Of a stretch of 38,716 nucleotides of DNA, positions 8,622-15,627 are shown one piece after another. Position numbers and translations under genes: made by a program. How positions within the stretch are numbered: position 1 is the first letter of the stretch; the number at the start of each line of letters is the position of its first letter. The notes beneath the pieces were generated by a model, which did no database searches, was not told the DNA's origin, and worked only from the letters and a program-made list of their open reading frames with translations. The stretch is from a virus (lineage: Duplodnaviria > Heunggongvirae > Uroviricota > Caudoviricetes): IMG/VR virus record IMGVR_UViG_2740892369_000044. The stretch is one strand, 5' to 3'.

Positions 8622-8966
8622 ATGAGAAAACAGATACAGGCTCTTGGTCGACTCAAAACAGGCCAGATGAACAAAACAGAATCTGCGTATTGCCAGCACC
8701 TTGAGCAGCGTAAACGTGCAGGGGAAATCGCCTGGTATCGATTCGAGGGTCTCAAGCTGCAGTTAGCTGACAACACGTTCTATACGCCCGATTTTGCTGT
8801 GATGCTCGCCACCGGCGAGATGGAACTGCACGAAGTGAAAGGTTTCTGGACCGATGACGCCAGGGTGAAAACCAAAGTCGCCGCAGATCAGTATCCGTTC
8901 CGAATCATCGGGGTAACGGTTAAACCAAAGAAAGCAGGTGGTGGCTGGAACATCGAAGAGTTCTGA
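8622..8966 (+). CDS. VRR-NUC domain nuclease-fold protein
   Basis: 114 aa; FYTPDFAVM...ELHEVKGF matches the PD-x(n)-E-x-K signature of VRR-NUC domains. Confidence 0.65.
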   Translation: MRKQIQALGRLKTGQMNKTESAYCQHLEQRKRAGEIAWYRFEGLKLQLADNTFYTPDFAVMLATGEMELHEVKGFWTDDARVKTKVAADQYPFRIIGVTVKPKKAGGGWNIEEF

Positions 8967-9027
8967 ATCGACGATCTTTTTAGTTATCAATGTAATCAAT
9001 AAGTTATGTGGATAAGCGAGGGTAAAG

Positions 9028-9528
9028 ATGGAAATTAATATCAAAGGGTTAGTTGCCGCCGGGCATGAGATGGCTTCGGAACTGAAAGCTGAATGTGGTG
9101 CCGTTGATATGCGCAGTGTGGCAAAGCTGATCAGTGATTTGGCAACGCAACTGGAAGTGCAACTGGTGCGTGCTAATGCGCTGGCCGAAGACCAACAGAA
9201 AGCGATTGAGTCAATTAAGCAGGCTGATGCAGCTGTTAAGTTGGCACACGAGAAGTTTTCAGCGCTGGCAGCGGAGAATGCGGGGCTGAAACACGCAATG
9301 GCCGTAACTCTTGAGCATGTGTCGGTCACGGATGCAGGGCAGGCTGGTGTTGCTGCAATGATTATCAACGATGCCCTACACCACAGCGAAACTCCAGCCA
9401 CCGACGCTTTCCTGGCTGAAGTTCGGGCGCAGGGGGTGGAAATGTTTGCGGAGTGTGCATACACACTTGAACATCATGATCACGCAGTAGCTTTTGCCGC
9501 CGAGCTACGCAAAGGAGGCAACCAGTGA
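9028..9528 (+). CDS. Hypothetical helical protein (nin-like region)
   Basis: 166-aa ORF with GGT-rich upstream ribosome-binding site; no motif recognised. Confidence 0.5.
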   Translation: MEINIKGLVAAGHEMASELKAECGAVDMRSVAKLISDLATQLEVQLVRANALAEDQQKAIESIKQADAAVKLAHEKFSALAAENAGLKHAMAVTLEHVSVTDAGQAGVAAMIINDALHHSETPATDAFLAEVRAQGVEMFAECAYTLEHHDHAVAFAAELRKGGNQ

Positions 9529-10016
9529 GCAAGATTGACTATCAGGCACTGCGCGAGGCGGCAGAGAAAGCAACGTGGGGTGACTGGGACTCATATAAAC
9601 CACACCGTGGCGCACGTGGTTATGAAGTCCGGCTAAGTAGTCAGGCCATTGCGCAACACGTTCTGAAAAACAACGCTGAATTTATTGCTGCCTTTAATCC
9701 CAAGATTGCTTTGGCACTACTGGATGAACGGGAAAGAAACCAGCAATACATCAAAAGCCGCGATCAGGAGAACGAGGATATTGCGCTAACGGTAGGGAAG
9801 CTGCGCGTTGAGCTTGAAGCAGAAAAACAGCGGGCAAAAGTTCTATTTATGGAAAATGCTCGGCTTAAGTCAGGCATAGCCGGTCTGATACACCTCGGTA
9901 TTCGATATGCAGATGTTGAGGTCATGAAAATTGCTGGAGATGCCCAGCTTTCTACCCCATGCACTGACAGCATCATAAACAGCATTGCAACAGGCATTCG
10001 CATCAAAGGAGAGTGA
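9525..10016 (+). CDS. Ead/Ea22-like protein
   Basis: N-terminus MSKIDYQALREAAEKATWGDW resembles the conserved N-terminus of Ead/Ea22-like prophage proteins. Confidence 0.55.
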   Translation: MSKIDYQALREAAEKATWGDWDSYKPHRGARGYEVRLSSQAIAQHVLKNNAEFIAAFNPKIALALLDERERNQQYIKSRDQENEDIALTVGKLRVELEAEKQRAKVLFMENARLKSGIAGLIHLGIRYADVEVMKIAGDAQLSTPCTDSIINSIATGIRIKGE

Positions 10017-10017
10017 T

Positions 10018-10533
10018 ATGGCGTTAACACACCACGAACTCTGTCAGATTGCGTACAAGTTCCTTAAGCGCAACGGGTTCAAGGTTTGTTTTCATGACAG
10101 CTTTATAGCTGTAACCAGTACCGGAGAACAGCCAGATGCTATGGGATTCAGAAATTCAGCATCATGCCTGATAGAGGCGAAGTGTTCTCGTGCTGACTTG
10201 TTAGCAGATAGAAAAAAGCGTTTTCGTAAAAATCCGTCTCTTGGAATGGGCGACTGGCGATTCTTTATTAGTGAGCCGGGAATTATTTCAATTGAGGATT
10301 TACCACCTGGCTGGGGATTACTTCACGTTGTTAACGGAAGAGTACGGAAAGTACATGGGTGGCCCAAGGGTAATTGCTGTTGGGGTAATCCTGACGATAA
10401 GCCATTTACTGGGAATAAGCAGGTTGAATGCGATTACATGTTATCTGCATTAAGGCGCATGGAGTTGAGAGGGCACCTTAATGAAATATATGACGGTGTG
10501 ATTGTTAATAAGAAAGAAGGAAACGCGGCATGA
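10018..10533 (+). CDS. PD-(D/E)xK nuclease-fold protein (Hjc/restriction-endonuclease-like); possible junction resolvase
   Basis: Internal ATG with AAGGAGAG ribosome-binding site; motif EQPDAMGF...CLIEAKCSRAD (PD...E.K). Confidence 0.45.
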   Translation: MALTHHELCQIAYKFLKRNGFKVCFHDSFIAVTSTGEQPDAMGFRNSASCLIEAKCSRADLLADRKKRFRKNPSLGMGDWRFFISEPGIISIEDLPPGWGLLHVVNGRVRKVHGWPKGNCCWGNPDDKPFTGNKQVECDYMLSALRRMELRGHLNEIYDGVIVNKKEGNAA

Positions 10534-11147
10534 TCACTATTACCAAAGGGCGACTGCTGACAATCAAACAGTGGCGCGAAACATACGGACCTGGTAGCAA
10601 CGTTGTACTGCCAGCAGAAGAAGCGGAAGAACTGGCACGAATTGCTCTGGCATCGCTGGAAGCAGAGCCTATTGGTGAGGTTTCAGAGAAGCGACTCGGC
10701 CTTGTTATGGATGGAACGGTAGACCTTGGCGGGAAATCAACTTATCGCATCATTAAGGGAGAAAAAGCGATGAAGTTGTTGCCGCTGGGGACGAAGTTTT
10801 ATACCGCACCGCCAGCGCCGATAGCGTTGGAGGCCATTGAAAATGCAATAGAATACATCCGCAGTATCGCTTTTCACATCGATGAAGGCGATTATCACGG
10901 CAAACATATTGCGTATTTCATGCGACAAGCATTGGCCTGGCTGGAAGGGTATTCATGCCGCGATGACAGCCAGGGCAAATCCGATAATTCACCATTGCCG
11001 CGCTACCAGGTTATCGAATTAACAATGCTGGTTAAACAATTGGTCAGCCAACTGAAAAAAGCAAAACCTGATTGCAAATTACCAGATAGGGCGATGGATT
11101 ATCTTTTGCGAAACGGACTGGTAAGTGCGGAGGGTGTTTTACGATGA
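10530..11147 (+). CDS. Hypothetical protein
   Basis: 205-aa ORF, start overlaps the upstream stop (ATGA). Confidence 0.5.
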   Translation: MITITKGRLLTIKQWRETYGPGSNVVLPAEEAEELARIALASLEAEPIGEVSEKRLGLVMDGTVDLGGKSTYRIIKGEKAMKLLPLGTKFYTAPPAPIALEAIENAIEYIRSIAFHIDEGDYHGKHIAYFMRQALAWLEGYSCRDDSQGKSDNSPLPRYQVIELTMLVKQLVSQLKKAKPDCKLPDRAMDYLLRNGLVSAEGVLR

Positions 11148-11347
11148 CCATTTCTACCAAAAAGCCTCTTTATGCTGAGGTTCACAATGTTCCCGATAAT
11201 TATGAGTTCACTGACGAGGAACTAAACAGAATTATTGCAGGTGATATGTTCACTCCTCGTCAGGACGCAATAATGGCACGGGAGATACAGAAACTCCGCG
11301 CCGCCATGATTGTATTTCTCATGATGCAGGAAAATCAGAATGGCTAA
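11144..11347 (+). CDS. Hypothetical small protein
   Basis: 67-aa ORF, coupled start. Confidence 0.45.
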   Translation: MTISTKKPLYAEVHNVPDNYEFTDEELNRIIAGDMFTPRQDAIMAREIQKLRAAMIVFLMMQENQNG

Positions 11348-11678
11348 ATCAGCAGCAGAGCGCAAAGCCGCTCAGAGAGCCAGACAAGCTGCATCTGGTG
11401 TGCGTAAGCTGGAGATTGTGCTTGATGCTCAGGAAATTGAAATGCTAGAGCGTAACTGTGCCACGCGTCGCCCCGGGCGTGCGCCTTACGAATTTGGTGA
11501 GTATATAGCGTCACTGATCCGCCAGGATGATGCACGCGTGCGCGGGCGTATAAAATCGATCAGCAGAAAACGTTGCGGTAAGTGCGGCGAGAGAGTTCCA
11601 GTTAATTCATGCCCGTGCAATGGTGACTCGCAATGCTGGGTGACTAAAGGCTGGCATGAAACGAAATTAATAGTGTGA
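11340..11678 (+). CDS. Zinc-ribbon DNA-binding-like protein; candidate late-gene regulator by position
   Basis: 112 aa; basic N-terminal helical region and C-terminal Cys cluster CGKCGERVPVNSCPCNGDSQC; last gene before the terminase operon. Confidence 0.45.
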   Translation: MAKSAAERKAAQRARQAASGVRKLEIVLDAQEIEMLERNCATRRPGRAPYEFGEYIASLIRQDDARVRGRIKSISRKRCGKCGERVPVNSCPCNGDSQCWVTKGWHETKLIV

Positions 11679-11727
11679 CATGTCACGATTAGATTATGCA
11701 TGATGAATTTGATGTGTTTTGAATACT

Positions 11728-11753
11728 GCCGCCAACTATGGCGGCTTTATTTT
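11728..11753 (+). terminator. Rho-independent terminator upstream of the terminase operon
   Basis: Stem GCCGCC / GGCGGC with loop AACTAT, followed by TTTATTTT. Confidence 0.6.
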
Positions 11754-11764
11754 GCATGGTACTA

Positions 11765-11797
11765 TTACCACAACGGTAACTATTACCACGGTGGTTA
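11765..11797. promoter_or_regulatory. Two TTACC-N5-GGT(A/T)A sites (about 11765-11779 and 11783-11797) abutting the terminase small-subunit start codon
   Basis: TTACCACAACGGTAA and TTACCACGGTGGTTA read directly. Confidence 0.5.
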
Positions 11798-12393
11798 TGA
11801 TGCCTGCTGAACCTAAAACCTATAAACGCAAATCAACGCAATTTAAGCCGCTCACAGCAATGCAGGAGGCTTATTGCCAGTCATACATCAAAACGCCTGA
11901 AAACCAGACTCAGGCAGCGATTAACGCAGGATTCTCCCCAAATACAGCGGCAGTTAAAGCCAGTGTCATGATGCGCGATGAACGCATTCAAAAACGGATT
12001 GCCGAGTTGATGGAGGAGCGCAACAAACGAATGCGCGTCAGTGCTGATTACGTTCTCATGCGCCTGGTGGAGATCGACCAGATGGACGTGATCGATATCC
12101 TCAACGACGATGGGAGCCTTAAACCAATCCGTGAGTGGCCGAAAATCTGGCGCACTACGCTTAGCGGCTTTGATCTGTCATCGACCATCATGAACATGAA
12201 CGAGGATTCGATAGAGACAATCCTCAAAAAAATTAAATGGCCTGACAAGGTGAAGAACCTCGAACTGATTGGTAAGCACGTCGACGTCAACGCATTCAAA
12301 GAACGCTTGGATGTTAATGTGAATGTGACAATTGCTGATCGCATAGCAGCAGCCAGGAAGCGACTCAAAGAACGTCAGGATGGCAATCAGTGA
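11797..12393 (+). CDS. Terminase small subunit (P27-type)
   Basis: Internal ATG (MMPAEPK...) of track ORF 11719..12393; LTAMQEAYCQSYIK...NQTQAAINAGFSPNTAAVKAS...ADYVLMRLVEI pattern of phage small terminase subunits; stop overlaps the large subunit start. Confidence 0.75.
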   Translation: MMPAEPKTYKRKSTQFKPLTAMQEAYCQSYIKTPENQTQAAINAGFSPNTAAVKASVMMRDERIQKRIAELMEERNKRMRVSADYVLMRLVEIDQMDVIDILNDDGSLKPIREWPKIWRTTLSGFDLSSTIMNMNEDSIETILKKIKWPDKVKNLELIGKHVDVNAFKERLDVNVNVTIADRIAAARKRLKERQDGNQ

Positions 12394-13865
12394 CAGATAC
12401 AGCGTTATCTCCTGAAGAGCAGTTAATCGAGGATATTGCAGGGTTCACTCACGATCCGCTTGGCTATGCCCTCTATGCGTTCCCGTGGGGGGAAGAAGGG
12501 ACTGAACTGGCACATGCTACCGGCCCACGTCAGTGGCAGGCTGATGCGTTCCGAGAGATACGTGATCACCTGCAGAATCCAGCGACGCGCTATCAGCCGC
12601 TTATGCTGGCACTCGCTTCTGGTCACGGTATTGGTAAATCCGCATTCATCTCAATGCTGATCAACTGGGGCATGTCCACTTGCGAGGATTGTAAGGTCGT
12701 GGTGACCGCCAACACCGACAACCAGCTACGAACGAAGACCTGGCCGGAAATTATCAAGTGGTCGAACCTTGCTATCACGAAAGACTGGTTTACCTGTACC
12801 GCTACCGCGATGTACAGCAATGACCTAGGGCACGACAAGCGGTGGCGGGCTGACGCAATACCCTGGTCTGAGCACAACACCGAGGCATTCGCCGGACTAC
12901 ACAACGAGCGCAAACGCATCATCGTGGTGTTTGATGAAGCGTCGAACATTGCGGATCTGGTGTGGGAAGTTGCCGAGGGTGCGCTTACGGACGAAGACAC
13001 TGAGATTATTTGGGTGGCGTTCGGAAACCCTACACGTAACACCGGGCGTTTTCGCGAATGTTTCCGCAAATATAAACACCGCTGGAAAACTGCGCAGATT
13101 GACAGCCGGACGGTGGAAGGCACTAACAAACAGCAGTTGCAGAAATGGGTTGATGACTACGGGGAAGACAGCGACTTCGTTAAAATCCGTGTGCGCGGCA
13201 TATTCCCGGATGCATCTGAATTGCAGTTTATCCCTACCGGACTTACTGACGAGGCAATGAAACGGGTGGTCACCGCTGCGCAGGTTGCATATGCTCCGGT
13301 GATAATCGGCGTTGACCCGGCATACTCAGGCGTTGATGACGCTGTGATATACCTGCGGCAGGGGCTGCACAGTAAGGTGCTGTGGACTGGCAACAAGACT
13401 ACCGACGATCTGATTATGGCGAAGCGTATCGCTGACTTTGAAGACCAGTATCAGGCTGACGCGGTGTTCATCGACTTCGGTTACGGAACCGGTTTGAAGT
13501 CAATCGGTGACGGCTGGGGTCGTACATGGCAACTTGTTCCGTTCGGTGGCGCGTCTACTGACCCGCAGATGCTCAACAAGCGTGGGGAGATGTTCAACTC
13601 ATGCAAGACATGGCTGAGGCTCGGCGGCATGCTGGATGACCAGGAAACTGCAGACGACCTGTCGGCGGCAGAGTACAAAGTTCGTGTGGACGGTAAAATC
13701 GTTATCGAACCGAAGGAAGATATCAAAGAGCGGCTTGGGCGTTCGCCTGGTAAAGGCGATGCGCTACTGCTGACGTTTGCTTTCCCGGTGTCAAAGCGCC
13801 TGCGACTTCCCGGGCAGCAGAACCAGCAAGGCAAGGCGCTTACCGAGTACGATCCATATGCTTAG
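12390..13865 (+). CDS. Terminase large subunit
   Basis: 491 aa; Walker-A-like ASGHGIGKS, DEASNI (Walker B-like), C-terminal nuclease-like region; position between small terminase and portal. Confidence 0.85.
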   Translation: MTDTALSPEEQLIEDIAGFTHDPLGYALYAFPWGEEGTELAHATGPRQWQADAFREIRDHLQNPATRYQPLMLALASGHGIGKSAFISMLINWGMSTCEDCKVVVTANTDNQLRTKTWPEIIKWSNLAITKDWFTCTATAMYSNDLGHDKRWRADAIPWSEHNTEAFAGLHNERKRIIVVFDEASNIADLVWEVAEGALTDEDTEIIWVAFGNPTRNTGRFRECFRKYKHRWKTAQIDSRTVEGTNKQQLQKWVDDYGEDSDFVKIRVRGIFPDASELQFIPTGLTDEAMKRVVTAAQVAYAPVIIGVDPAYSGVDDAVIYLRQGLHSKVLWTGNKTTDDLIMAKRIADFEDQYQADAVFIDFGYGTGLKSIGDGWGRTWQLVPFGGASTDPQMLNKRGEMFNSCKTWLRLGGMLDDQETADDLSAAEYKVRVDGKIVIEPKEDIKERLGRSPGKGDALLLTFAFPVSKRLRLPGQQNQQGKALTEYDPYA

Positions 13866-14680
13866 TCTTTATTTTTATCCTCGAAACCTGATAATCCAGA
13901 TAGAACACCAAAGTTATTAAAAACGTTTGGCTTACCAGATTTTAATCCGGATAAGTTGTGTTGCTCCAAAAAGTTACTAATTGTTTGGCCGTTGCCAAGT
14001 GCAAGGCTTTTTATTTGAGATTTTTCAGGGTATTTGAGTTTGTATTCGTCGAAATCATTTTGGAGGGTCTTATATGCCTCATTCATTCTTCCAAGAGTTT
14101 CCGATATCTCTTTTAATGAATGATTTAGAGCTGCTAACTGAGCACTGGCGGATCTCAATTCGTCATCTTTAGCTTTCAACTCGGCAGTCAATTCACCCAT
14201 ACTATTCTTTGATCGAATAATCTCTTCTTTCATCTCTTGGATGTCTTTTTCCGCGCCAGTCTTAACTTTGTCGTATGTAACATCTTTTTTAGCCAATAAC
14301 CTCTGCAGTCTTGTTTCACGCTGGATTTTTCTTGCCTTCAGGTGATTTTCGATTGAGTCATTATTATCAAGAGGCTTTGCTTGCCATACGTTAATGATAT
14401 TGTTTACCCATGGTAATAGGCAGCAGATAGCAATTACAGATAGGCATGGATAAAACATAACAGTTTTCCATGTGCTGTTATCTGAGATATATGAAATTTT
14501 ATCTATTATGTTTGATTTGCTAAAAAATAGATAAAGAATTGATTTCCAGTTGAAGGCGCACCAGGACATAACAAAAGCACCAAGCACAGGGTTTTTGGCT
14601 CTATTCACGGCAGTATTGGCAGTAGATAAAAACAGCTCTTTAAACGATTCAAACATGCTAATTACCTTGAAGTTTTTCAT
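13862..14680 (-). CDS. Accessory (moron) protein: two predicted TM helices at the N-terminus followed by a long coiled coil; function unknown
   Basis: 272 aa from internal ATG (MKNFKV...) of track ORF 13862..14752; strongly AT-rich relative to neighbours; antisense to the late operon; stop overlaps the terminase large stop by 3 nt. Confidence 0.6.
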   Translation of the reverse strand: MKNFKVISMFESFKELFLSTANTAVNRAKNPVLGAFVMSWCAFNWKSILYLFFSKSNIIDKISYISDNSTWKTVMFYPCLSVIAICCLLPWVNNIINVWQAKPLDNNDSIENHLKARKIQRETRLQRLLAKKDVTYDKVKTGAEKDIQEMKEEIIRSKNSMGELTAELKAKDDELRSASAQLAALNHSLKEISETLGRMNEAYKTLQNDFDEYKLKYPEKSQIKSLALGNGQTISNFLEQHNLSGLKSGKPNVFNNFGVLSGLSGFEDKNKD

Positions 14681-14684
14681 GATT

Positions 14685-14699
14685 ATACCTTTAAGGTAA
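14685..14699. promoter_or_regulatory. TTACC-TTAAA-GGTAT site (minus-strand sense) overlapping the ribosome-binding site of the moron gene
   Basis: Read directly; the 24 nt ending at the ATG are near-identical to those in front of the VRR-NUC gene at 8601-8624. Confidence 0.45.
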
Positions 14700-14715
14700 T
14701 TTGCGGTCATCAAGC

Positions 14716-14739
14716 AAAAAAATGCCCGGCGAACCGGGC
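14716..14739 (-). terminator. Rho-independent terminator between the tRNA and the moron gene
   Basis: Stem GCCCGG / CCGGGC with loop CGAA; A7 on the plus strand gives a U-tract on the minus strand. Confidence 0.6.
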
Positions 14740-14771
14740 GAACTGGAAGCAATGAGTTATGCCTTCCGTGG

Positions 14772-14787
14772 CTGTACTGGTTTACAG
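14772..14787. promoter_or_regulatory. Weak LexA-box-like element (CTGT-N8-ACAG)
   Basis: GGCTGTACTGGTTTACAGCA has the correct CTG-N10-CAG spacing but a GC-containing centre. Confidence 0.25.
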
Positions 14788-14902
14788 CATGAAGTCATCG
14801 CAATGGCGTCCTGCTGTAAAAAGGGCGGTGATAGTTCTTCAAGGGAAACCATCACCGCCAAGCGCCTGGAACTTCTGGCATCACGGTCCTTAGGCGTGAT
14901 TC

Positions 14903-14979
14903 TGGCGTGGCATGCAGGATTCGAACCTGCGACCAACCGCTTAGAAGGCGGTTGCTCTGTCCAGCTGAGCTAATGCCAC
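14903..14979 (-). tRNA. tRNA-Arg, anticodon UCU, with encoded CCA
   Basis: Hand-folded cloverleaf: acceptor GTGGCAT/ATGCCAC, D-stem GCTC/GAGC, anticodon stem ACCGC/GCGGT with loop CTTCTAA, T-arm GCAGG-TTCGAAT-CCTGC; body resembles argU-type tRNAs but the acceptor stem differs. Confidence 0.85.
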
Positions 14980-15048
14980 AACGCTGAGAGCACTTAGCCT
15001 GTTAAGGCGCCACACTTTGTCGCGGCTCCATAAATGCTCTCAGCGTTG
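14979..15048. repeat. 14-bp inverted repeat (CAACGCTGAGAGCA ... TGCTCTCAGCGTTG) with about 41-bp spacer, abutting the tRNA 5' end
   Basis: Read directly; would form a leader hairpin immediately 5' of the mature tRNA. Confidence 0.5.
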
Positions 15049-15301
15049 TACCCTCGTCTCTTCCGAGGCGTCACACCGAATCGCCGGGATGGTGAATCCC
15101 CGTGCGCGGAATAAAACCGCTCGACTTGCACATTCCGGCTACCTGGTTCGTTTGCCCGAGCAAGGGAGGGTGCCCCTTAAACGTATCCAGACCGCTATCG
15201 GCGCATGTGCCATACGCCGTACTGCTCAAAATAAAAGCTCACTCCACCTGTTCAATTTAACGACAAGCCAGTCAGGTTAGTAACCGGAATGAACTCTTTG
15301 G

Positions 15302-15368
15302 TTACCTGAAAGGTAATAATTTGTGCGTTAAATGTCAACTATCTACGATAAATAAATCATATGTGGTT
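15302..15368 (+). promoter_or_regulatory. Late-promoter-like cassette upstream of the portal operon: TTACCTGAAAGGTAA site (about 15302-15316) and CATATGTGGTT box (about 15358-15368)
   Basis: Both elements read directly; first ATG at 15407. Confidence 0.55.
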
Positions 15369-15406
15369 AAATTGGTAATAATTTAATTGCGTACGGAGTC
15401 ATTGAT

Positions 15407-15613
15407 ATGTGCATGGGTAGTTCACCATCAGTGCCTGCAACACCAGAAGTTCAGGCAGCACCACAGGAGCAGGATGCCGCCGTTATTGATGCCCGCGACG
15501 AAGAAACTCGTCGCCGTCGCGCTGCTGCTGGTCGTAATTCTACGCTGCTTACCGGTTCTCAGGGCGACACATCAACCGCTAATACCAGCGGTAAAACGCT
15601 GCTTGGTCAGTAA
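15407..15613 (+). CDS. Hypothetical small protein, first gene of the head operon
   Basis: 68-aa ORF with GGAG ribosome-binding site; low-complexity sequence. Confidence 0.4.
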   Translation: MCMGSSPSVPATPEVQAAPQEQDAAVIDARDEETRRRRAAAGRNSTLLTGSQGDTSTANTSGKTLLGQ

Positions 15614-15627
15614 CCGGAGTCATTGAA

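Noticed and set aside
8763-9464. Long antisense ORFs in the track (for example 8763..9464 -, 12623..13129 -, 16444..17181 -, 17732..18313 -, 20322..21047 -, 20867..21556 -, 24647..25264 -, 28603..29118 -, 27653..28129 +)
   Set aside because: They lie fully inside better-supported genes on the opposite strand or in another frame, lack ribosome-binding sites, and have low-complexity Ala/Ser/Cys/Arg-rich translations typical of GC-rich antisense frames.
14701-14973. 90-aa plus-strand ORF overlapping the tRNA-Arg gene
   Set aside because: It is antisense to a well-folding tRNA and its trailer, starts with TTG, and has no ribosome-binding site; the tRNA explains the region.
14903-14979. tRNA-Arg as the integration (att) tRNA for the P4-type integrase
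   Set aside because: The tRNA is flanked on both sides by phage late genes of one continuous module and is 13.6 kb from int; it is more simply a phage-encoded tRNA. The true att site is probably upstream of position 1.
15052-15300. Possible second tRNA or tmRNA-like gene upstream of tRNA-Arg
   Set aside because: No acceptor stem, T-loop (GTTCGAATC-type) or anticodon arm could be folded by hand; it is kept only as an unexplained structured region in the findings.
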